DNA of 36,178 nt from NCBI GenBank assembly GCA_038883795.1, contig JAVZLK010000013.1:1-36178 (forward strand). The letters are read 5' to 3'. Source of the DNA: Candidatus Bathyarchaeia archaeon. GTDB taxonomy: Archaea; Thermoproteota; Bathyarchaeia; Bathyarchaeales; Bathycorpusculaceae. The position numbers and the translations under genes were made by a program. Below the pieces are notes generated by a model, which saw nothing but the letters and a program-made list of their open reading frames with translations, was not told the DNA's origin and made no database searches. Positions 10,058-19,774 of this stretch are shown here, piece by piece (position 1 is the first letter of the stretch; each line of letters begins with the position of its first letter).

Positions 10058-10191
10058 AGGCCTCCTTACATCCTCACATCAAAAATTATTTAAACTTTTA
10101 GTTACTAACATTCAATAACTTTAAGAAACTTGTAAACTTGGTTATTGACCAAGCGTGTATTGCTCTTTTAATTATAGAAACAAGAGAACAT

Positions 10192-12600
10192 TCACTTACT
10201 TGCTTTGTATACTCTACATAAGCACATATGCGGCCATGCGCCACTTATAGGGTCTAAAACTTCTTGTGCGTTGTGTATGAGAACGTTAATATTGGATTTC
10301 CATAAGCCGTGTAGACTTGGTTCCGCTCCTGGTTCCTCAGGGAACCACCATCCATGTTCGGCATGAACCACGGTTGGATGAAGATGTGGATCTAGCTTAG
10401 CCCTTTGCATAACCTTTCCGAGTGGTGTTTCAATGTAGACCCAATCGCCGTCTTTAATGCCGAGCTTTTTAGCTGTTTCAGAATTCATTTGCACAACAGG
10501 GTCTGGATGAAGTTTTCGTAATGAGTTAATTTGGCGAAATTCAGAGTGGAAGAATTCGATGCTTCTTCCTCCTGTTGTTAAAATCAGCGGATAATTTTCA
10601 GCAGTATCTTTGGAGGGTTGAACTTGTTCCTCATAGTTTGGCAGGGGATCATATCCAAACTCTTCGAATATGCTTGAATATATTTCTACTTTCTTAGAGG
10701 GTGTGGCAAATCCATACTTTTTATACTTCTGAAATTCATCAGGTCCTCTTATGCCACGTAGTTTAGTTACAAACTCGGACAATGAATATCCTAATGGTCT
10801 TAGTCTATAGTCTAACTGCTCTTCACTGTTTTCCCAAAGCCAATATTCTGTTTGTCCCAACCTTGTTCCTAAACCACGCCATAGCTCGTAATCTGTCCTT
10901 CTCTCGTACATGGGCTTGACAGCCCTTTCGCCTAAATGAATATAGTTCCGCGAACAACCGTCCAAGGTGACTATATGAGGTCTTTCAAGCCATGATGCAG
11001 CTGGTAGAACGTAATCTGCCAACATTGCGCTAGGGGTCATAAAATAATCCATAACGACAAATAGGTCCAATTTTTTCAGAGCTTGATAAACCAACTTTGT
11101 ATTCGTCCAGCTTAATAAAGGGTTATTGCCTTGCACAATAAGTGCTTTAATTGGGTAAGGCTTACCAGTAACGATAGCACGCCATAAGGTAGGTAAGTGC
11201 GTTATGCAACTATTCATTTGGCTTAGCCGACCGACATATGGACAGTTTTGCGTTACTTCAAGGAGTCGTTCGTAAACTGACCATCTGAGAATTTTGAATT
11301 CGTCGAAACCTAGTTGCTTTTCTCTCTGCTTTTTTGGAAGTTTTTCTGGGAGCTCCATATCGTAGTCTTGAACCACTTTCAATAAATCGCCTGTAATTCC
11401 GAGCAGTTCGCCTCCAGGAACATCTAAATTTCCTGTAATGCTTCGTAAGATGCAAATTGTTCTAATTAATTGAGTAGCGCCTCTGCCGATTTGTTCTTGC
11501 TTTACACCCCATGGGATGCAAGCTGGTTTGTTGGTTGCGTAAATCCTTGCTGCTTCTTCTATTTTATTTGCGTCAACCCATGTTATTTTTGAAACGTTTT
11601 CAGGTGTGTACTCCGTAACAATTTCTAAAAGTTTCTGCCATACCGTTTTGCATTTTACAGTCCGTCCGTCCTTTAACCTAACATTATATGTGCCGAAAAG
11701 CACCGGATCCGTTTGTTCAGGTTTATACTTTCCCTTGTTAGAGCACCAAACTGCAATATCATTTGAAAGCGTATTCCAAACAACAAAATTTTCATAACTT
11801 CCTTCTTTATTTATGTCCGATTCACGTAAAAGTTTACCAGTCTTCTCATCAAATAAGAAAGGCGCATTCGTCCAGTTCTTTACAAATTCTGCATCATACA
11901 GCGACCTGGTGATTATAATATTTAGGAAACCTAACGCTAAAGCTAGGTCGCTTTGGGGTCGAATTCTTAACCATAAATCGGCGTGTTGAGCAGGTTCCGT
12001 GCGTCTAGGATCAATAACGATTAGCTTTGCCCCTCGTTTTTTAAGATTTAGAATATTTCTCCACATATGTGGATAAGAGTTCGCGGGGTTTTTCCCCCAG
12101 AGTATGATACACTTGCTTTCACCCAGTTCTGGAATATGAGGCAACGCAAAAGCACCATACGTAACTATGTTCAAAAATAGGCTTAAGCAAAAGCATATGT
12201 TCCCAGACTGAAAAAGGTTGGGAGTCCCGAACAAATTTGCAAACCGATACATTGCCCAGCGTTCTGGTGATCGATAAGTTCCCTTCCCGATCGCAAGAGC
12301 TTCTGGTCCGTATTTTTCTTTTATTTCTTTAAGTTTTGCTGCAATTTCATCTAGCGCTTGATCCCATGAAATTCTTTCCCATTTTCCCTCGCCCCTTTCA
12401 CCCACCCTTTTCAAAGGATAATTAAGACGCCCAGGATGATTATGAAATTCTATGATGGACAAGCCCTTAACACAAACGCTGCCCTTACTTATAGGATCTG
12501 TTTTATCGGGTTTAACATCCTTTACTTGATCGCCATCTACATAAACTAGCATTCCACAGTTTCTATGACAAAAAGAACATAGGGCTTTTTTGACAATCAT
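10192..12600 (-). CDS. Mo/W-bisPGD oxidoreductase (acetylene hydratase/catechol dehydroxylase-like clade), 802 aa
   Basis: CSFCHRNC...CVKG Fe-S motif, Cys ligand (GNICF), insert of roughly 70 aa starting WTNAPFL, ATPSKKVE, HAEHGWW; no Tat signal. Confidence 0.92.
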   Translation of the reverse strand: MIVKKALCSFCHRNCGMLVYVDGDQVKDVKPDKTDPISKGSVCVKGLSIIEFHNHPGRLNYPLKRVGERGEGKWERISWDQALDEIAAKLKEIKEKYGPEALAIGKGTYRSPERWAMYRFANLFGTPNLFQSGNICFCLSLFLNIVTYGAFALPHIPELGESKCIILWGKNPANSYPHMWRNILNLKKRGAKLIVIDPRRTEPAQHADLWLRIRPQSDLALALGFLNIIITRSLYDAEFVKNWTNAPFLFDEKTGKLLRESDINKEGSYENFVVWNTLSNDIAVWCSNKGKYKPEQTDPVLFGTYNVRLKDGRTVKCKTVWQKLLEIVTEYTPENVSKITWVDANKIEEAARIYATNKPACIPWGVKQEQIGRGATQLIRTICILRSITGNLDVPGGELLGITGDLLKVVQDYDMELPEKLPKKQREKQLGFDEFKILRWSVYERLLEVTQNCPYVGRLSQMNSCITHLPTLWRAIVTGKPYPIKALIVQGNNPLLSWTNTKLVYQALKKLDLFVVMDYFMTPSAMLADYVLPAASWLERPHIVTLDGCSRNYIHLGERAVKPMYERRTDYELWRGLGTRLGQTEYWLWENSEEQLDYRLRPLGYSLSEFVTKLRGIRGPDEFQKYKKYGFATPSKKVEIYSSIFEEFGYDPLPNYEEQVQPSKDTAENYPLILTTGGRSIEFFHSEFRQINSLRKLHPDPVVQMNSETAKKLGIKDGDWVYIETPLGKVMQRAKLDPHLHPTVVHAEHGWWFPEEPGAEPSLHGLWKSNINVLIHNAQEVLDPISGAWPHMCLCRVYKASK
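10978..11044. repeat. 67-bp perfect direct repeat, copy 2
   Basis: Identical to 8669-8735. Confidence 0.95.
12298..12438. repeat. 141-bp perfect direct repeat, copy 2
   Basis: Identical to 9743-9883. Confidence 0.95.
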
Positions 12601-13322
12601 TTGATTTCCTCTGGCGTTATATATGGCTTTTCAGGAAGACTGTATCCGTACGGCTTGTCCGGCAAGTCAAGTCCCGTCACCTTAAGTCCAGCTTTAACTA
12701 TTTTCGCAACCAATGCGACTTTCCTGCCTAGCATCCATGCCATCTCAACAGCCGACGTTTCGCGTTTTAAACGTCCTGCCCGCCATTTGTCCCGTCTTGC
12801 ATCGCCTATATTCTGTGCTGAACTTGTCGCGCCTAATTGCCCATGAGGAGAAGTCATTCCAATGGGTATCATATCGTTGTGGAAAAAGAAGTAGTGTATA
12901 GTTAGTAGAGTAAACTCTTGACCTGAATTCTTGCCCCCGCCAACCGCAATTGCTCCGCCAACTTTTAGCCTCAGATGTTTCTCTTTAGTTCCAATACCGC
13001 GCATTCTGTCAAGCATGTTCTTACAAAGTCCGCTCACTGTCCCATAATAAACTGGTGATCCAATTATTATTCCATCGGCTGAGAGGAGTTTTGGGTAAAG
13101 CATGTTCATATCGTCATTTTGGACGCATTTGTTATGTTCTATGCAATAATCACATCCTAAACATGGATTAATTTTTTTACCAACAAGGTTTAAGTACTCA
13201 GTTTCTGCATCAGACACTGATAAACTTCCTTTAAGCGCTGCTTTAACGAGAACCTCTGTATTACCATGCCTTGGACTAGCTGAAATTCCCAGAATCTTGA
13301 CCTTTAGCGTTTTGTTTTCCAT
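12597..13322 (-). CDS. Iron-sulfur flavoprotein (Isf/WrbA-like flavodoxin family)
   Basis: GISASPRHGNT, compact CxxCxxCx5C motif (CLGCDYCIEHNKC), GSPVYYG, GGGKNSGQE. ATGA overlap with the next gene. Confidence 0.92.
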   Translation of the reverse strand: MENKTLKVKILGISASPRHGNTEVLVKAALKGSLSVSDAETEYLNLVGKKINPCLGCDYCIEHNKCVQNDDMNMLYPKLLSADGIIIGSPVYYGTVSGLCKNMLDRMRGIGTKEKHLRLKVGGAIAVGGGKNSGQEFTLLTIHYFFFHNDMIPIGMTSPHGQLGATSSAQNIGDARRDKWRAGRLKRETSAVEMAWMLGRKVALVAKIVKAGLKVTGLDLPDKPYGYSLPEKPYITPEEIK

Positions 13323-13662
13323 AAATAAACACCTAGGAATATTGGTTTAAACATATATGGTTCACGGCTAAAGACGATGTGCATTTGGTTTAAAAATTTT
13401 TCTGCCAATAATTGTTTTTTGGTCATTTTACGCTTATAAAAAATACGCTTATCGCTTTAACCTAATCATCGGTAGATGAATACTCGCAAGATGACTCACA
13501 ATTAAAACTGAAGCAGAGAAACACAAATCACCTTGTCTGCTCGCGTATTCTGGCAAGTACTGTGGCAACAAATAGAAATGTTAAGAAAAAATTACAGTTG
13601 TCACAAACTAAAGGCGCGAATTAATGGATATAAGACGTTGCCTGTTTGAGCCTATGAAAAAG

Positions 13663-13676
13663 GAAAAATTTATATG
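13663..13676 (+). promoter_or_regulatory. BRE/TATA promoter, probably leaderless transcript of the AOR-family gene
   Basis: GAAAAA-TTTATATG ending 22 nt before ATG 13699. Confidence 0.6.
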
Positions 13677-13698
13677 AGTTTCGAAATGAAAATAGGGC

Positions 13699-15654
13699 AT
13701 GGTTTCACACAGTTATACTAAGATATTAAGAGTAGATCTCACAAAGAAAACATGGTCAACCAAAGAAATGTCAGGTATAGAAAAATTCTTTATCGGTGGA
13801 TCAGGTTTAGCACCATGGATTCTTTATAACGATTTAGCTCCAAAATTGGATCCGCTAGATCCTGACAGCGAAATTATCTTTAGTACTGGTCCACTGGTTG
13901 GCACTGGGATTATAGGAGGAAATAGAACAGTAATTTCCGGGAAGTCTCCATTAAGCGAAACTTATTATCATTGCCATGGAGGCGGTTTTTTTGGGGCTGA
14001 ATTAAGAGCTACTGGCTTGAGCCATATAATAATTACAGGCAGAAGTAAGAATCCAGTATACTTAATGATAGACGATGATCGCGTTGAGATAAAGGATGCA
14101 AGACATTTATGGGGCAGAACCATATCAGAAGCTGACGAGATTATAAAAAAAGATGTTGGAGATAGAAAAATAAAGACTGCAATTATAGGGCCTGCTGGAG
14201 AGAACCTTTGTAGATACGCTTGTTTTATTTTAGATAAATGGCATGCCCCTGCTGGAGGTGGGATGGGGTGTATAGCCGGCTCCAAGAAACTTAAGGCAAT
14301 TGCTATAAAGGGAACTCAAGAACCCCTAGTTGTGAACCCGGAGCATGTAAAGAACGTTAACGAACAAATATTAAAGGATTTAGATGGGGCATTATATGCA
14401 AAAATGTGGAAGACGCTTGGCTCTATTTTTCTAGTATATCAAAACTATCTGCAAGGAGTTTTATCTGCAAAAAATTTTCAAGAAAACAATTGGACAAAGA
14501 CCGTACTGGTAAATCCATTTCTTTGGGCGAGAAAATACAAGGTTGGAGTTGCGACATGCTTTTCATGCCCAGTAGCTTGCAAGGGTATTTACGAAGTTAA
14601 AGTCGGCCCGTTCAAAGGGACAAAAGGACAAAATGTTGAATTTGGTCATATAACGCAGTTTGCATCACAAGTAGATATAGCAGATTATGGTGCCATCTGT
14701 TATCTACAAAACCTCATAACCAGTGAGTTTGGGATGGACGTAAAGGAATTAGGCCACACGCTTGGAATGGCGATGGAATGCTATCAAAGGGGAATCATTT
14801 CAAAAGAACACACTGGTGGAATAGCGTTAGAGTGGGGAAACATAGAGGCTGTAACGGAAATGATTAAAATGATTGCTTATAGGAAAGGGTTCGGTGATGT
14901 TCTTGCTGAGGGAGTTAAAAGAGCCGCTATGATTATCGGGAAAGGAGCCAAAAGATACGCAATGCATGTAAAAGGTATGGCTTTAGACGGGGTAGACATA
15001 CGTGCAGCACAGTCTTGGGCGTTAGGCCATGCTGTTGGAACTAGAAGTGATCATTTGGCGCATTTTGAGGTCTTTTCTAGAAGAGGCGATAAGGATTTTG
15101 CCCAAAAAGTGCTTAAAAACGGAAATGCAGCGGATTTATATTCGCCATTAGCCAAAGGAAGGGCCATATGGTGGGCAGAGAACTATAAGGCTATTGTTGA
15201 CGCACTAGGGTTATGCGCATTTATCACAAACGTAATTTTTGCATTTTATCCTCTCAATAAAATAGCCAAAATGTACACTGCAGTAACTGGCGCACCAGTT
15301 AGTGAAGAAGAACTTTTCACATGCGGGGAAAGAATAATCCAGGTGGAGAAAGCCTTCAATGCCAGAGAAGGCTTCTCGAGAAAAGACGATACGTTACCAT
15401 GGAGAGTAATGAAAGAACCAACAACTGAGGGACACGGAAAAGGTAAAGTTGCATATCTGGATCATCCTGAAATGCTAACCGAATACTACGAGTTTAGAGG
15501 CCTCTCTGAGGATGGACTTCCAACCGAAGAAAGGTTACACGAGCTCGGATTACACGAATTAGCTGCCGACCTAAGGAGACATAATAAGCTCTCATCCTCC
15601 AAGCAAAAAATGAGATTTAAAGAAATTGCTGCCAATTTAACACTTACGTGGTAG
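13699..15654 (+). CDS. aor: Aldehyde:ferredoxin oxidoreductase family tungstoenzyme
   Basis: ILRVDLT, KSPL, IGPAGEN, GSKKLKAI, CFSCPVAC, FGMD, SDHL, DALGLC, KDDTLP. Confidence 0.92.
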   Translation: MVSHSYTKILRVDLTKKTWSTKEMSGIEKFFIGGSGLAPWILYNDLAPKLDPLDPDSEIIFSTGPLVGTGIIGGNRTVISGKSPLSETYYHCHGGGFFGAELRATGLSHIIITGRSKNPVYLMIDDDRVEIKDARHLWGRTISEADEIIKKDVGDRKIKTAIIGPAGENLCRYACFILDKWHAPAGGGMGCIAGSKKLKAIAIKGTQEPLVVNPEHVKNVNEQILKDLDGALYAKMWKTLGSIFLVYQNYLQGVLSAKNFQENNWTKTVLVNPFLWARKYKVGVATCFSCPVACKGIYEVKVGPFKGTKGQNVEFGHITQFASQVDIADYGAICYLQNLITSEFGMDVKELGHTLGMAMECYQRGIISKEHTGGIALEWGNIEAVTEMIKMIAYRKGFGDVLAEGVKRAAMIIGKGAKRYAMHVKGMALDGVDIRAAQSWALGHAVGTRSDHLAHFEVFSRRGDKDFAQKVLKNGNAADLYSPLAKGRAIWWAENYKAIVDALGLCAFITNVIFAFYPLNKIAKMYTAVTGAPVSEEELFTCGERIIQVEKAFNAREGFSRKDDTLPWRVMKEPTTEGHGKGKVAYLDHPEMLTEYYEFRGLSEDGLPTEERLHELGLHELAADLRRHNKLSSSKQKMRFKEIAANLTLTW

Positions 15655-17296
15655 CACATTTACTAGCTACCTCTTGGAGTCTATATAATTTTTTGATCCA
15701 ATCTTCCCCCGCTTCCTCAGCTTGCTTTATTCGTTTAGAAAATTCCATTTCTGCTTGCTTCTCTGAAATTTCCTTTGCGTTTGATGTTTTAATATGGATC
15801 ACGTTATCGATATTTAATAGCGTGATAGCCAAAGAGCTAGCGAGTTTTAAACTTTCCTCAAAAATATGCAATGGCTCGATTACTCCAATTTCAAACATTT
15901 CTTCAAGCCTAACATAAGGAAGAAGTATACCTACCGTTGAGTCCCCATTGTAATGTCTTCTTTTTAATTCGCTTATTATGTTGAAGGGATCAACGCCCGC
16001 ATTAGCAACTAGTATGGAGACAACATCTTCAAGCGCGTTTGAGAATGCTTTTACGGCAAGAGCCTCTTTTGATTCTATGTTTTTACTATATTTTTGTAGT
16101 TGGATAGCAATTTCGATAAATGTTGCTCCGCCTCCAGCCACTACCCTTTCATCTTTGGAGAGTGCAGAAACAACTTTTATTGCTTGGCTTAATGCTTTTT
16201 CGGCGTTGTTAATGATGTGCTTGTTGCCTTTTAGAACTATCGTTGAAAATCTTGAATTTTCACTTCCGTCGATGTATACATAATGATCGGATCCTTCCTT
16301 TTTTTCAATAACTTGAGTCGTCATACCTAGATCATTTACAGATAGGTCAAAGACATCATATACAAGTTTAGCACCCGTAACTTTTGATATCGCCATAATG
16401 TCTGAATAGGCAGTTCTCGAATAAGCCATAATCCCCAAATTAACAAAATGATCTAGTATAGAATCTGCAATGTCCTCGTAACAGAAAACAAGATTAACTC
16501 CTAAAGCCTCTATTTTATCCGCAATAGAAGCTGCTAATTTCTTTTCGCCTTCCGTAATATCCTTCAGCTTTTTGGGAGTGGAAATAATTTCAATATCCAT
16601 TCTAGTTTTATGGGTTTTCAGCGGGCACATGAATAAAGCAACCTTAGCATTCTTAATGTTTCGCGGCATTTCAAATCTCGCTCCTTTAGCTTTAATGATA
16701 GCCCCTCTATACAATTCTGACTCAGTTAATGATCCAACAGCTTTTTTGCGGAACTTAACATTATCAACTACTTCTTCATTTTTCTTCTCTATCACTGGTT
16801 TTATTGCAGCTGCCATCAAATCTGCAAGAAAATTAGCTTCACAAGTTTTACTATCAATAGAGGTTTTAATAACTTGTTTTAAAATATTTAAATCAGAAGG
16901 TATTGCAGGTTTTGCAACTGAAGTTAAAATATTCTTGGCTTTTTGTATTGCAAATTGGTACCCATCAGCAATAATATTGGGGTGTAGCCCTTGATCAATT
17001 AAATTCACAGCCCTTTCTAATAGCCGGCTCATAAGAAGGACGGCGCGGATAGTCCCATCACCAACGTATTCTTTATAATGTCCAATATCTTTAACTACTA
17101 AGTTAACAATAGGATGATCGATATCAACAGTCTCAATTATATCTTTAACATCACCTGTTATCAAAAAGAAATCTTTATAGGCAACTATTTTTTGGCTACC
17201 ACATGGCCCCAACATGGTCTTAAGGACGTCTGATAGTAATGTGGCAGCCACTACATTGCGTTTGATGTGCATCAAATTTTCATTTTTTATAACCAT
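15644..17296 (-). CDS. Divergent group II chaperonin (thermosome/CCT-like) subunit
   Basis: LKTMLGP, IDHP, VGDGT, GLHP, MPRNIKNAKVAL, VAGGGA, NAGVDP, GVIEP; several ATPase residues are substituted. Confidence 0.9.
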   Translation of the reverse strand: MVIKNENLMHIKRNVVAATLLSDVLKTMLGPCGSQKIVAYKDFFLITGDVKDIIETVDIDHPIVNLVVKDIGHYKEYVGDGTIRAVLLMSRLLERAVNLIDQGLHPNIIADGYQFAIQKAKNILTSVAKPAIPSDLNILKQVIKTSIDSKTCEANFLADLMAAAIKPVIEKKNEEVVDNVKFRKKAVGSLTESELYRGAIIKAKGARFEMPRNIKNAKVALFMCPLKTHKTRMDIEIISTPKKLKDITEGEKKLAASIADKIEALGVNLVFCYEDIADSILDHFVNLGIMAYSRTAYSDIMAISKVTGAKLVYDVFDLSVNDLGMTTQVIEKKEGSDHYVYIDGSENSRFSTIVLKGNKHIINNAEKALSQAIKVVSALSKDERVVAGGGATFIEIAIQLQKYSKNIESKEALAVKAFSNALEDVVSILVANAGVDPFNIISELKRRHYNGDSTVGILLPYVRLEEMFEIGVIEPLHIFEESLKLASSLAITLLNIDNVIHIKTSNAKEISEKQAEMEFSKRIKQAEEAGEDWIKKLYRLQEVASKCATT

Positions 17297-17550
17297 AAAA
17301 GAAGGTACTCAAAAATAGTTTTAAATAGCTTTTGTTAACAATCAGTTAACTAAAACCTTAAGATAACTAAACATTAATGATGGTGAAGGGTTCACTTAAT
17401 TTCAACAGAAGGACGATTGTTTACTATAATTTTATTCTAAAGTGATGCCAAACTAATTAGCTCAACAACGATGGAATTACTATAAAAGCGTGAAAATAAG
17501 TTTTAAATGTGCCATCATTAAAGTTATACAATCATGCGGGGTTTGGTCGA

Positions 17551-18723
17551 ATGTCAAATATTGTGAGCCAAAAAGTGCACATGCTTAGCATATCGGGAAT
17601 ACGTGTTATTTTTGATAAAGCTAGAAAAATGAAGGACGTAATAAGATTGGAGATCGGAGAGCCTGACTTTGACACGCCTACTCACATTAAAGAAGCAGCC
17701 AAAAGAGCATTAGACGAGGGTTTTACTCATTATACCCCTTTTACAGGTATTGATGAGTTAAGAGAAGCAATAGCCGAAAAAGTAAAAAAAGAAAACAGAA
17801 TCGAGGCGGATCCCTACAATGAAGTTGTTGTCACACCAGGTGCTTGCTCTGCAATTTATTGCGCCTTGCTGTCAACAGTTAATCCAGGAGATAAAGTTTT
17901 GATCCCTGATCCCGGATGGCCACATTATGAGCCATGTGTAAAAATGGCTGATGGCATTCCAGAACATTATCCTTTACTTGAGAGGAATGATTTTAGAATA
18001 GATCTTAACGATTTATCGAAAAGAATTGACAAGCATACTAAGGCAATAATAATTAATTCACCTCATAATCCTACGGGATCCGTTCTAACTCAGGAGGATT
18101 TAGAGGGAATAGCCAAAATTGCGATCGAGAACGATTTAATTGTGATCTCAGACGAGGTTTATGAGAAAATAATCTATGATAACGCTACACATGTTAGTAT
18201 TGCCTCACTTCCCGACATGCGTGAACGAACGATTACTGTTAATGCTTTTTCCAAAACCTATGCTATGACTGGATGGAGAGTTGGATATGTCATAGCAAGA
18301 GAAGAGATAATTTCCCAAATCGCTAAACTTATTCTATACACTAATACGTGTGCGAACTCCATAGCTCAGAAAGCTGCGCTAGCCGCTTTAAATGGGCCAC
18401 AAACTTGCGTCCATGATTTCGTTAAAGAGTTTAAACGTCGAAGGGATTTTGTTGTTAAAAGGCTGAACGAAATTACGGGTATAACGTGTAATGTTCCAAA
18501 GGGCGCTTTCTATTGTTTTCCAAACATTAAAAAGTATGAAAAGACTTCCTTTGAGTTCGCACTATATTTACTTGAGAAAGCAAAGGTTTCTACAGTTCCT
18601 GGGTCAAGTTTTGGCGATTCTGGTGAAGGTTATATTCGCGTATCATATTCTGTTTCGTTAGAGAAACTTAAAGAAGCTATGGATAGAATAAGCGAGGCCT
18701 TAAGCCAAAAAGGACACAGTTGA
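17551..18723 (+). CDS. PLP-dependent class I aminotransferase (aspartate/aromatic type)
   Basis: IGEPDFDTP, NSPHNPTG, SDEVY, FSKTYAMTGWRVG. ATG 17551 preferred over GTG 17509. Confidence 0.95.
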   Translation: MSNIVSQKVHMLSISGIRVIFDKARKMKDVIRLEIGEPDFDTPTHIKEAAKRALDEGFTHYTPFTGIDELREAIAEKVKKENRIEADPYNEVVVTPGACSAIYCALLSTVNPGDKVLIPDPGWPHYEPCVKMADGIPEHYPLLERNDFRIDLNDLSKRIDKHTKAIIINSPHNPTGSVLTQEDLEGIAKIAIENDLIVISDEVYEKIIYDNATHVSIASLPDMRERTITVNAFSKTYAMTGWRVGYVIAREEIISQIAKLILYTNTCANSIAQKAALAALNGPQTCVHDFVKEFKRRRDFVVKRLNEITGITCNVPKGAFYCFPNIKKYEKTSFEFALYLLEKAKVSTVPGSSFGDSGEGYIRVSYSVSLEKLKEAMDRISEALSQKGHS

Positions 18724-18749
18724 GGTAATGTAAACAGTTAAGCTTAATT

Positions 18750-19748
18750 CTAAGGCAACTTAACCATACTATTTTTTGAAAGGTTAACAGGAAAAAGTGG
18801 GGGTTTATTGTTCAAAACTCGGACAATTTCCTCCGCTGCCGTTTTAGACATTTTGATAAGGGATTCCTTAGTGCTGCCAGCTGCGTGAGGAGTGATTATA
18901 ACATTTTCAAGGTTCAATAAAGGATTGTTTGGATCCGGCGGCTCGAATTCCATTACATCCAAAGCAGCACCTGCAATTCGTTTTTCCCTCAAAGCTATAT
19001 ACAAGGCCTCTTCATCTATTACCCCGCCCCTGGCCACATTGATTAGAAATGCCTCCTTTTTCATTTTCTTAAGTTCTTCTTCTCCTATCAAGTGTTTTGT
19101 TTCTGCTGTCAAGGGTACATGTATTGTTATGAAATCGGATGCTTTCAACAAAGTTTCCAAATCAGTTAATTTAACTCCTATTTTTTGCGCATTCTCAATT
19201 GTAGCATATGGGTCAAATGCGATAACGTTCATATTCAACGCTTTGCCCTTTTCTGCAACGAGAGATCCTATTCTTCCCAATCCTATTATGCCTAAGGTTT
19301 TACCTGAAATCTCGCTGCCGTGTTCAACGGTTGCGCCGAACTTCCACCCTTTACTCTTTACGATTTCATTTAACCGCGATATTTTGCGAGCTAAGCATAG
19401 AATCAAACCTATTGTAAATTCGGCAACGGAAACAGTGTTTGCATAAGGAGTATTCGTAACTATTATCCCTTTTTGAGTTGCCACATCAACATTGACGTTA
19501 TCTATTCCTACGCCATGTATAGCAATAATTTTTAGTTTTTCAGCGATACTTAACAGCTCTTCATCCAACCTGCATAGTCTAACAAGCACGGCGTCCGCGT
19601 CCTCAATGAGCCTAAAAGTTTCACTGGCAACATCAGTAGGCGTCTCCCACACTATTTCCCTCACTTTTGCCACTTGCTGAATTAATTCTTTTGCGACTCC
19701 ATGAACTGCCATGTAACGTGGGTAAATTATTAGAACGTTAGCGTCCAT
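18750..19748 (-). CDS. D-isomer-specific 2-hydroxyacid dehydrogenase (SerA/GyaR-like, no ACT domain)
   Basis: GVGIDNV, GLGRIG, NVARG, DVMEFEP, TPHAAGST: Arg-Glu-His triad intact. Confidence 0.95.
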   Translation of the reverse strand: MDANVLIIYPRYMAVHGVAKELIQQVAKVREIVWETPTDVASETFRLIEDADAVLVRLCRLDEELLSIAEKLKIIAIHGVGIDNVNVDVATQKGIIVTNTPYANTVSVAEFTIGLILCLARKISRLNEIVKSKGWKFGATVEHGSEISGKTLGIIGLGRIGSLVAEKGKALNMNVIAFDPYATIENAQKIGVKLTDLETLLKASDFITIHVPLTAETKHLIGEEELKKMKKEAFLINVARGGVIDEEALYIALREKRIAGAALDVMEFEPPDPNNPLLNLENVIITPHAAGSTKESLIKMSKTAAEEIVRVLNNKPPLFPVNLSKNSMVKLP

Positions 19749-19774
19749 TGATTATCCACTGTACAGACGAATCA

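Noticed and set aside
7811-12600. True acetylene hydratase, formate dehydrogenase or selenoprotein
   Set aside because: The Asp13 equivalent is Lys or His, there is no FDH Cys/Sec-His motif, and there is no in-frame TGA.
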